A stretch of DNA of 64,000 nt. Origin: Botryllus schlosseri. Its lineage: Eukaryota. Location of the stretch: positions 7,008,001 through 7,072,000 of the forward strand of contig CM119371.1 of NCBI GenBank assembly GCA_051294905.1, written 5' to 3'. The position numbers and the translations under genes are program-made. The notes under the pieces are model-generated. The model was given only the letters and a program-made list of their open reading frames with translations. It was not told the DNA's origin and made no database searches. The first letter of the stretch is position 1; each line of letters opens with the position of its first letter. This document shows, one piece after another, positions 24,553 to 35,690 of this stretch.

Positions 24553-27500
24553 CTTTGAAAATATATGCATGCACGTTGACGCACGAGATATTCGGTGCAG
24601 TTGTTAAGACTCTTAAACGTGTGGCAGATATATCAAAAAACTATTTTCTACATGAGGTAGTTGGCCTAAACAACAGTTCAACTAGTAATTGAAGTACAAT
24701 TTTAAAATGTCACCACTAGGGTATGTAGTTCAAATAAGCAAAACATACTCAACTGCTGGGAACATTGAGCTGTAGAAACAGCTAGATACAATCTTCAGCA
24801 ATAAATTCGGTTACGAAAACATGCTATTTTACGCACTCCTAATGATAATTTCACTTCTAAAAATGACGCAAGTTTTCCCAAAACTATTTTTTACTTTCCC
24901 AAACCCAAAGTGCGAAAACTAATTTAACGAGATGCCGATAGTCGTCTCATATAAACATAGGCCTAATTGAAATAGTTGGTTTTGAGTATGAGTAAAAATC
25001 AGGAATCTTGATGATGGATAGCGAAAAATTGACACTTTTTTTATTCGGCGCACCCAAATTCATCAAAAACAACAAGAAATAACAAGATAAACAAAGATTT
25101 CATCCGATTTTATTTCATACATAATTATCATTTTTAATCCACGACTCTCATAAAATAAGATCGACATATAAACTTGTAACTTATAACCCAAACTCATATT
25201 GTTGTGAGTATTCCCTTTTGAAGAGTGAATAGCTTGAGCAAATATGTATGCGGCTGAACAAGGAAGAGATAATACACACTGATTTGACTTTTTTCATATT
25301 GAATCATTGAGTGCTGCTGGTGTTTTCATACTGAATTATGGGAAGTGTAAAACTTATACTGCCGACAGTAATCAGAACGTTCCCAACTATTGATATTGGC
25401 CATGTAACCCTTGTGCAATGAATTTTCCAAGTCATCGAAATCATCGATCATATTTATATTGAGTAAGGAAATACAGTAAATATATGATGGGCTGTATCAA
25501 CTAAAATTGCCGGCAGATTTATACACTTTCGTGTTTCTCCACAAAATTTCTGGTTACTATTGCTATGACATTCATCAAATGGTACAAATCGATCACATGC
25601 CAAAATTTGAAAAACTGGACCTACAAAGTTTTGCCGCTTTGAAACAAAAAATACACAATCTTCAAGGCAATTATGATGGATTGAAAATGAAATGAATTGA
25701 AAATTGTAATTATTTTCATTCATGTCTCAGCTGCAGATTTGTACAAACTACTAATCCAGTTGGTTCATGGTAAAGAGTAGTTCATGATGCAAATTTTTGA
25801 AGCGAGTAGTTTAGCGTGAATAGTGAAACTGGTGTTCTGTTGTGTGACGTTCTTGCAGCTATTGCTAGCTCGGAGTCAACGCTACCAACAATGGCGTGGC
25901 CAGGAAATGGGTTTTGAGGGTCGAAAACCGTCCATTTCAAACTCAAAACCCCGTTCTTTTGAAAGGCAGATTATATTTCCAACTCAGTAATTCACATTAT
26001 AAATACTGCAGTTGCTTCAGAACTGAAAATCCAGTAATTTGTACAAATCTGCTCAGGTGAGTGCAATCTATCTCTTCACAAATACAGATCTGTAAATCAC
26101 AAAACATTCATCTACTTTTGGTGTCACTATAGTCCATTTGTCTTGTGTTATATCATACTTTTCAATTTTATTAGCGGTTTTTCCTTCTGATACTGCAAAA
26201 ATCCACTTGTCATGTTGATAAGCAGAAACTCGATCATGACGAGCATTCATAGATAAAAATGAAGTCCATTGAGCTGAAGTAACATCGTAGCATTCAACGT
26301 TGTTGACTTGAAATCCTCCACTCCATCCACCGATCACAAATATCTTGTGATCAACTGCAACAACACCACTGTCAGTCACAGGATATCTCATTGGGTCGAG
26401 ATCAACCCACTCTGATGAGGATGGAGTGAATCTGCAGAATGATGAAACTATGACATCATCTTGTCCTACACCTCCGATACAATAGATGGAATCGTTCAAT
26501 GATACGAGACTTGTATTACAAATCGCTGTAGGTTTGTCTTCTAGTTGAATCCATTGATTCACAAGGGAAGTAAATATTTCCACGTCACTTGTTGCTTTAG
26601 GATAACTTCCGCCCACGACAAATATCGATCCCGATAAAGAAACTGCACGAGGATAGTTTCCATGATCACAAATCATATCTTTCATCTTTTCCCACGTTGA
26701 TTTTTCGCTCTGAAAATTGAGTCGGTAAACTGATTTTGTCACACATAAAACGTAGATATACGAGTCTAGAGAAATCGCAGAGAAAAGTGGTAAATTCTTA
26801 AACTTCTCATCATGGAACTTGTCTACTTTTTCAGTTATTGGATTGAAGGATCGGATACAACTGCGTCACGATCAAAAAGAATTATCAATTCATCTTTACC
26901 AATTTCTTTGTTTCTTTTTTGTGATGCTTTTAAAAGATGTCCATTGATCAACTTGTACAGTCCTAAGTTGTTACTGATAATTAGGTTCGATTCCAAAAGA
27001 CGTTCCAAAAATGCCGGAGAGACTTTATCAAACTTGATTGCTTCGAGACATTCGTCCAAATGTTCCTGATTTCTGCAATTTTTCTCCACCCAATCGAACA
27101 ATAAAATTAGTTTTTCTTCTTCACATAACTTTGATTTTTCCGACATCACAAATTTGAGGAGGTTAGTTTTTTCAATGTTTCCAAATTCTGGTTGGTTTGA
27201 CATTTTTATGATATTTTCAATAAAAAACGCTTCACATCGCGTAGAGAGGGCATCCAGTCCATAAATATCGGCAACATTTCTTGTGGAAAAGTAGTTCTCT
27301 ACATCAACTGATTCCGCCAAAACGTCAGATACTGCCTGCTTCACATCTTCCAGCTGCATCATGACTGCGACATGTAGAAGATCATTCATCTTTTCATCAG
27401 GAATCTGGGCATCCCTAAAAGACGGAGAAGCGGAGGCAGCGGAGACAGCGGAGGCAGCGGAGAACGGACCCTAAAACGCGGAGACAGCGGAGACAGCGGA

Positions 27501-27616
27501 GAGAGCCAAAATGCCGATTCCTAAAACACGGAGATAGCGGAGGAAGCGGAGAGCGGAGCTTTCAGTCATTGACCTTTATAGACACGCGCATACGCAACTC
27601 TAAAAGGTGTAGACGG

Positions 27617-28813
27617 CGGAGAATAACGGAGAAGTCAGCCATGCGAGTTTCAGGCCAATTTGGTGACTGATTGCCCATCGATGAGACGACATAGCGGACG
27701 GTTATATAATATACTGAAAGCGGAGTTCGGGGCGTAGCGAAATATATTTCGAAACAGCAGAGAATAACGGAGAATTCAGCCATGCGAGTTTCAGGCCAAT
27801 TTGGTGACTGATTGCCTATCGATGAGACGACATAGCGGACGGTTATATAATATACTGAAAGCGGAGTTCGGGGCGTAGCGAAATATATTTCGAAACAGCA
27901 GAGAATAACGGAGAATTCGGCCATGCGAGTTTCAGGCCCATTTGGTGACTGATGGCCCATCGATGAGACGACATAGCGGACGGTTAACTGAAAGCGGAGT
28001 TCGGGGCGTAGCGAAATATATTTCGAAACAGCAGAGAATAACGGAGAATTCAGCCATGCGAGTTTCAGGCCAATTAGGTGACTGATTGCCCATCGATGAG
28101 ACGACATAGCGGACGGTTATATAATATACTGAAAGCGGAGTTCGGGGCGTAGCGAAATATCTATCGAAACAGCAGAGAATAACGGAGAATTCAGCCATGC
28201 GAGTTTCAGGCCAATTTGGTGACTGATTGCCCATCGATGAGATGACATTGCGGACGGTTAACTGAAAGCGGAGTTCGGGGCGTAGCGAAATATATTTCGT
28301 AACAGCAGAGAATAACGGAGAATTCAGCCATGCGAGTTTCAGGCCAATTTGGTGACTGATTGCCCATCGATGAGATGACATAGCCGACGGTTATATTGCC
28401 ATAATATATTGAAAGCGGAGTTCGGGGCGTAGCGATATATATTTCGAAACAGCAGAGAATAACGGAGAAGTCAGCCATACGAGTTTCAGGCCAATTTGGT
28501 GACTGATTGCCCATCGATGAGATGACATTGCGGACGGTTATAATATACTGAAAGCGGAGTTCGGGGAGTAGCGAAATATATTTCGAAACAGCAGAGAATA
28601 ACGGAGAATTCAGCCATGCGAGTTTCAGGCCAATTTGGTGACTGATTGCCCATCGATGAGACGACATAGCGGACGGTTATATAATATACTGAAAGCGGAG
28701 TTCGGGGCGTAGCGAAATATCTATCGAAACAGCAGAGAATAACGGAGAATTCAGCCATGCGAGTTTCAGGCCAATTTGGTGACTGATTGCCCATCAATGA
28801 GATGACATTGCGG
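27617..28813. repeat. Left arm array, about nine 133-147-bp units
   Basis: Repeated unit GCAGAGAATAACGGAGAATTCAGCCATGCGAGTTTCAGGCCAATTTGGTGACTGATTGCCCATCGATGAG... Confidence 0.95.
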
Positions 28814-29971
28814 CCGCGTTTCGTATGACAATTTAACTGATGATAGTTGTGGAATATTATACTGAACTACTTTCTACTTTACAAAAACCTAATTGCAAAT
28901 GTAATTAGTTCATCCAGAATACTGTTCAGGTTGAAGTGATTGCGAAACATTACCACTTCAATAAGTACCGGAAATAGCCCAAATCTACTTGATTACCTCG
29001 AAAAAGTAGAAATATTCAACATATATAATATCTGAACAACTTGATGTGATAAAGCAAAAATAATAGGGATGGTGTGAACCTCTGAAAGGTTCGGGTTCGT
29101 GTGAACGCGAACCATTTTGAAAGGTTCTGTGTGAACACGAACGTGAACCTCGTGACGTCATATTGCTAATTCCAACCGTATCTTTCCTATATTAATGTAC
29201 ACGATACCTAGCGAAGACTCGGGCCACATAATGTCACATAATTGCTGAAGTACATATTGGCGTTTTAAACGTCGCTAAATGTATTAACCGCGGTTATCAA
29301 AGGATATAATAATCTCATAAAATCAATACATTCCGTCGCTTTGCCAACAATTTCGACGAGGACTTACACTAAGGGTGGAGATCATAGACGTAACTTAAGT
29401 TCCGGTTGCCAAGTAACACATGCTTGAGTGATGAGCATTACTCAATTGAGGATCATAAAGTATCCTCAGCCATAAAATGAGTTTTTAACGAGACTCAAAA
29501 CGTCCGAAACTTAAGGTACGTGTAGTGCTAACTTAAGTACGCGACATGTTACTTCGAGAGCTCCGGCGTTACAGTTGGTCGGTCATCCGAGGCCCTATTT
29601 CTCGTCACGCAGCAACGGCGTCAGCATAGTTATACCACAATGACCTACAGTAATGCATAACAATGACCAAGGAGTTGCAGCGGACGACTGAAAACATAAG
29701 CAAACGGCTTCTGAAGTAATGTGCTGGGGATTACTCTGCATCGCAATAGTCATACCGCAATGGTCTAGATTAATGCATAGCAATGGCTTGAAGCTACTGC
29801 GGATGACTGGAAATATAAACAACCAGGTGCTGAAGTGATGTGCCATGGTCAGGCTCGAAATCAATGACTATTGTACGCTATTTAACGTACTGTCATTGTA
29901 ATTTATAACGGGCTAAATTGCTATCAACTATCAAATACAGAATTAGAAGCGATAATCTAACAATTGTAATA

Positions 29972-30644
29972 ATGGCTGATGTTCCAGCAAAGAGGGAGCC
30001 CAATTTCTCTATTCAAGAAAAAAAGTTGTTGTTGGATTTAGTGGCAGAAAATCCCGTTATTGAAAATAAAAAAACAGACAAATATTCCACCAACGCGAAA
30101 GATAAAGAGTGGGAGAGTCTCGCGGAGAAGTTTAATTCCAGCGGCCTTGGGACAATTAGGAGCCAAAAATGTCTAAGAAAACGTTGGATGAACATGAAAG
30201 ATAGGGCGAAAAGTGACGAGGCAAGGCTCAAAAGCGAAAAGCGGAAAACGGGGGGTGGGCCGAAGACGTTTATTCCAGACCCTTTGACGGAAGCAGTATG
30301 CTGTGAGTGTAAAAAAATTGAGCAAATAGTTGCCTACAATCATACGCACTGATTTGTAACAAATGTATTTTTCAGCTGTTGTTCCTGGTCAAATCTACCC
30401 TATCGATCATTGCCTTGATCACGATACAATCGATTGTGAAGAGGAATCTTACGTTATCATGCATTCGGAATCGCCGGTGACGAGTCATTCTTCGTCGACT
30501 CCCGTCCATTTCGGACGGAAATCAAAGAGAAGTGGCAGCTTTCATTTCGAAGAAAGCGTGGAACAACCCCCCAAAAAGTCCAAATTTGAAGTTATCCGTG
30601 ACGAATATTTGGCCGAAAAGATAAATGCTATGAAGAAACAATGA
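29972..30644 (+). CDS. Myb/SANT-like DNA-binding domain protein (Harbinger-ORF2/MSANTD-like), 199 aa, 2 exons (29972-30302, 30376-30644)
   Basis: MADVPAKREPNFSIQEKKLLLDLV...IENKKTD...KDKEWESLAEKFNS...RSQKCLRKRWMNMK...RKTGGGP. A 73-bp GTGAGT...TTTTTCAG intron joins the two ORFs in frame. AATAAA near 30949. Confidence 0.8.
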
Positions 30645-31289
30645 TTCAAAAAAGCCCTACTTGATCACCTCTTGTCGTTACACTAACACTGTTGCCCTAC
30701 CTCGCCCAGACATTGCTTCATTGATCATTTGCTACCATTGTTTAATTTTTTTTCTATTTTCCTTTTCTAACTAAACATTTTTTACAGCCAGACTGTTCTG
30801 AGTCAAGTTTACCTGTTTGATGCTGGTGTGATCAGACTAGATGACCTTCATGGTCTTATCGATCATTCCTATCTAATACCGAATACTGTGCACGCATATT
30901 TTCTGTACCACCATCACTGCCGTTTGTTATGTATTTTGGTTCGATGAAAATAAAGACTCTCTCTCTCTCTCTCACCAGGGAATATAAGCTTACGCCTTAA
31001 CGGTCTTAGCCAGACTGGATAATGTGTTCGGAGTCTGAGTATTGCTACATTTATATTGAGCAGAGTGTAAAACGGGTTTCTATACTCGCTACCGATACCA
31101 TAAACAACAAGTCAGCCAGCACCTTAATCGCACGGATTTGGTTTTAATGATACAGTAAAGATATGAAGTCAGGATTGACCCCGTACGCCGCTGAGCAGTT
31201 TCAGGTTTTTAGAAAAATTTTTGAGTGAATTTGAAGTTCTAAGATCGAAAAAATATGTGCCGGTTATATATTGTCGAATACTTCGAAAT

Positions 31290-32680
31290 ACACCAAATTG
31301 GCCAGGAACTCGCATCGTTGACTTTTCCGTTTCTCACCGCTGTTTCGAAACATCTTCCCCTACGCCCCGATCTCCGCTTTCAATATATTATGTAACCGTC
31401 CGATACGTCGTCTCATTGATCGGTTCCATCGTTCGGTTTATTAGCAATTTTCAGTATATTATAACTGTCCGCAATGTCATCTCATCGATGGGCAATCAGT
31501 CACCAAATTGGCCTGAAACTCGCATGGCTGAATTCTCCGTTATTCTCTGCTGTTTCGAAATATATATCGCTACGCCCCGAACTCCGTTTTCAATATATTA
31601 TGGCAATATAACCGTCGGCTATGTCATCTCATCGATGGGCAATCAGTCACCAAATTGGCCTGAAACTCGCATGGCTGAATTCTCCGTTATTCTCTGCTGT
31701 TTCGAAATATATTTCGCTACGCCCCGAACTCCGCTTTCAGTATATTATAACCTTCCGCAATGTCATCTCATTGATGGGCAATCAGTCACCAAATTGGCCT
31801 GAAACTCGCATGGCTGAATTCTCCGTTATTCTCTGCTGTTTCGATAGATATTTCGCTACGCCCCGAACTCCGCTTTCAATATATTATGGCAATATAACCG
31901 TCGGCTATGTCATCTCATCGATGGGCAATCAGTCACCAAATTGGCCTGAAACTCGCATGGCTGAATTCTCCGTTATTCTCTGCTGTTACGAAATATATTT
32001 CGCTACGCCCCGAACTCCGCTTTCAGTATATTATATAACCGTCCGCTATGTCGTCTCATCGATGGGCAATCAGTCACCAAATTGGCCTGAAACTCGCATG
32101 GCTGAATTCTCCGTTATTCTCTGCTGTTTCGAAATACATTTCGCTACGCCCCGAACTCCGCTTTCAGTATATTATTACCGTCCGCTATGTCGTCTCATCG
32201 ATGGGCAATCAGTCACCAAATTGGCCTGAAACTCGCATGGCTGAATTCTCCGTTATTCTCTGCTGTTTCGAAATATATTTCGCTACGCCCCGAACTCCGC
32301 TTTCAGTTAACCGTCCGCTATGTCGTCTCATCGATGGGCCATCAGTCACCAAATGGGCCTGAAACTCGCATGGCCGAATTCTCCGTTATTCTCTGCTGTT
32401 TCGAAATATATTTCGCTACGCCCCGAACTCCGCTTTCAGTATATTATATAACCGTCCGCTATGTCGTCTCATCGATAGGCAATCAGTCACCAAATTGGCC
32501 TGAAACTCGCATGGCTGAATTCTCCGTTATTCTCTGCTGTTTCGAAATATATTTCGCTACGCCCCGAACTCCGCTTTCAGTATATTATATAACCGTCCGC
32601 TATGTCGTCTCATCGATGGGCAATCAGTCACCAAATTGGCCTGAAACTCGCATGGCTGACTTCTCCGTTATTCTCCGCCG
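31290..32680. repeat. Right arm array, nine units plus one degenerate inner unit (inverted relative to the left arm)
   Basis: Reverse complement of the left-arm units. Confidence 0.95.
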
Positions 32681-33515
32681 TCTACACCTTTTAGAGTTGC
32701 GTATGCGCGTGTCTATAAAGGTCAATGACTGAAAGCTCCGCTCTCCGCTTCCTCCGCTATCTCCGTGTTTTAGGAATCGGCATTTTGGCTCTCTCCGCTG
32801 TCTCCGCTGTCTCCGCGTTTTAGGGTCCGTTCTCCGCTGCCTCCGCTGTCTCCGCTGCCTCCGCTTCTCCGTCTTTTAGGGATGCCCCAGGAATCTCCAA
32901 TTTTCCCGAATATATGAAATCGATGCAGTTTTTCACACACCTTGAATCGACCTCTTTCAAAACAACTTTTCCTTCACGACACTCTTTTGTGTCGTGTTTC
33001 AACATAGCTTTAAAATAATCACAACCAGCCGACAATACATTTCTGTGAGTGTAATAAACATCATCTCCCACTTGAATTGTGAAATCACAATGATCGTTCT
33101 CTCGCTTCATTCGATGTAATTCTTCCATCATCTTCACTGAATGTTTCTCTACATTTTGACACACAATCTGCACCATGATTGTCAATCAACTATAATTATC
33201 CTACGATTATTATAATATAGTCAAGCACTGTTATTGAATTAAAGATGATTAGAAAGTAATGCCTGTTGAAAGAATCATAATACGTACCGGTACATCAACG
33301 TCATGAGTATGAATTGAAGGAACTTCACTTCAACTACACATAGGGTGATCACTGAACAGTGCTAAATCAGAGGCGTCCCTCTCATAATGTTATGAAAACT
33401 TCTTTATATTTTATACTGTGGTATATTCCAGGGGCGACCGCACCTATTTCATGCTCCAACCTAATACCACAAAGATTGGTTTTAACAGAGCAGCATCACG
33501 AATGATCACGGCATC

Positions 33516-33600
33516 ACGCTGATTTCAATCCCCGTGTTTGGAAACGAAACCAGCGAAGCATGCGGCTTGTCAGTGTCATCTGACGGATAATTAGTTTTTG
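33516..33600. promoter_or_regulatory. Conserved upstream block of kelch copy 3
   Basis: Same block as 1796-1880 and 22625-22705. Confidence 0.5.
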
Positions 33601-33807
33601 CATTTGCAGTGCAGACGTTACCAATGATATTTATATATATATATTTATCATTGCGGTTAGTGACGAGGTAAACCTTGTACTATGAGTAACAGTAATTCAG
33701 TTTGTTAATATTTTCATCATTTCAAAACACCACAAGACTGCGATCAGGCGATGTAGAGAAGAGGCATGCGCGCACGAGGGCCTGGATGTGCAACTGATAA
33801 ATCGCTT

Positions 33808-34434
33808 CTCAAAAGATTTGGTGTTCTAAACTTAGAAGATATGAGAAAGCTCGAAATTGCCAAGTTTATGTATCAGTTCCATTGCGGTGATAGAAGAACA
33901 ACTACCATACGATCGGGACTGAATACAAGAAAACGCATTGCTCTATCAAGTAGTCTATGATTCCATTGACAAATCCAAGTCGCTTCGACACCTTCCTGTC
34001 TATTCATTGTATCACATTTTTTGTGGTGTATTGAACTGATAAAATTGCTAATAAACCAATGAAGAAGTATGCCGGACCTCAATTGTGGAACAGCATCTCG
34101 CCGGCTATCCGACAGTCGTCGAGCATGTCCAGTGTCCACATTCAAGTCGAAATACAAGCAATTTCTTCTAAATCAATACTAGCCAGTCTTCAGGATTACC
34201 GGACCACGACCGAACATCTACCTCGCCCTCCGCCACATGCCACCTCATTTTGTCGCTTGTGTCTTATATTCTCGCGGCATTACTTTTCAGTGTGCATGCC
34301 TCTCATTTACTTCGCCTAGGCTAAGGTGGGTGTCTGATCTTAATGGCTACTCCAAGTTGTTTCGACACCTTCCTCTCTTTTCATTGTATCGCAGTTTTGA
34401 AACGATGAAAATATTAATAAACCTGATTGATTGA
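33808..34434 (+). mobile_element. Rearranged 3' fragment of a CR1/L2-type LINE
   Basis: Remnants FGVLNLEDMRKLEIAKFMYQF and KYAGPQLWNSISPAIRQSSSMS, followed by a 3' UTR ending AATAAA...(GATT)n. Confidence 0.75.
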
Positions 34435-34720
34435 AAAGTAATAGAAAACACACTAGCCCTACAAAGGGGTACAATCTTTGAAAATATATTTTCATTTACC
34501 ATAGTTATGGGCCTAAACAACAGTTCAAGTAGTAGTGGAAGTGAAATTTCAACATGTCACCATTAAGCTGGAATACCTCCAGCAAAGAGTAGAGAAGATT
34601 ATCTGTCTGTCGCGTGGATTCTCTCCTTGACTGTAAAATCTGCATTCACTGTGTACCCTTTGATAATAATTTGTTGTTATAGTCTCATGTTTGGTTGTTC
34701 TAAATCAGGGAGGGCCGGGC

Positions 34721-34759
34721 CAACGTCACTCAACTATGAGTCATAGTTGAGTGACTTTG
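34721..34759. mobile_element. 39-bp palindromic remnant with 8-bp TSD (probable P-superfamily excision footprint)
   Basis: GGCCGGGC|CAACGTCACTCAACTATGA G TCATAGTTGAGTGACTTTG|GGCCGGGC. Confidence 0.6.
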
Positions 34760-35141
34760 GGCCGGGCAACATACGGCCCGCAGACAGCTTCCGGTCGCAT
34801 ACGATAATGTGGCCCGCGTCTATATTATTCACTCGCTAGCCAACGTTTTCGACCATGAACATTAGCTTAACAAGACCAAGCTTCGGTTCCAATCAAACTT
34901 ATGTTTACGTGAAGTCTTTACTGAGGATTTGTACGTCCAGCATGCAGCCATAGACTTCGAAGAACTTGTATCGACCACGGATTAACTTTAACTATTTAAG
35001 TACATTACGATACTAAATTGATTGACTACTGTTTTTGGTATTTTGTTTTACGGTCAAAGTTTCATTAAATGCGTTTTGTTCCTTGTATAGGTGGATAAAG
35101 ACGCGATTGACGCATCGATTCAGCAATCCGGCCCGTCGAAT

Positions 35142-35690
35142 GGAGAAGATATGGGGAAGCTAGAAATCGCCAAGTTTATCCATCAGTTCAACTGCGGTCG
35201 TTGCCCCGAATATTTCAATGACTTTTTTACCTCGGAATCAAAAGCGCACAAGTGCAACACAAGCGCGTGCACGTCGTCCAAATATCATATGATCGACCGA
35301 AAATATCATCGCTCCATTAAGTATGCCGGACCTGATGTGTGGAACAGTATCCCGCCGGCTATCCGACAGTCGACGAGCATGTCCACATTCAAGTCGAAAT
35401 ACAAGCAATTACTACTAAATAAATACTAGTTCACCCTCGACTGACCTATCGATCTCGCCTTCCATGACATACCACCCCATTCTTGTTGCTTGCTTTTTCT
35501 ATATTTTCTCTACTTTTCGTTCAGTGTGCATGTGTGCCATGTGCATGCCTCCTCTTTACATCGCCTGGGCGAATGTGGGTGTCCGATTTCATAGACTACT
35601 CCCAAGTCGCTTCGAGACCTTCCTACCTTTCATTGTATCGCATTTATGTGGTGTATTGAACTGATAAAATTGCTAATAAACCAATGATGA
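35142..35690 (+). mobile_element. 5'-truncated CR1/L2-type LINE (ORF2 C-terminus and 3' UTR)
   Basis: EDMGKLEIAKFIHQF...PEYFNDFF...HKCNT...RSIKYAGPDVWNSIPPAIRQSTSMSTFKSKYKQLLL* is a typical post-RT C-terminus. Confidence 0.8.

Larger units (their letters stand above)
27407..32887. mobile_element. Foldback-type transposon (MULE-like 9-bp TSD) with ~1.4-kb modular TIRs
   Basis: Ends GGGCATCCCTAAAAGACGGAG / CTCCGTCTTTTAGGGATGCCC. Perfect TSD CAGGAATCT at 27398-27406 and 32888-32896. GCGGAGRCA subrepeats followed by ~141-bp tandem units in each arm. Confidence 0.95.
26068..33176 (-). pseudogene. BTB-BACK-Kelch copy 3, disrupted
   Basis: The 5' part 33176-32888 and the 3' part 27406-26068 are separated by a TSD-flanked insertion. 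A 1-bp deletion near 26860 (GATACAA-CTGCG vs GATACAATCTGCG in paralogs) also shifts the frame at the start of the kelch domain. Confidence 0.93.

Noticed and set aside
27562..32732. Repetitive ORFs (MSSHRWAISHQ.../MGNQSPNWPETRMAEF...) in both arms
   Set aside because: By-products of the ~141-bp tandem units. The frame shifts between units and the ORFs mirror each other on opposite strands.
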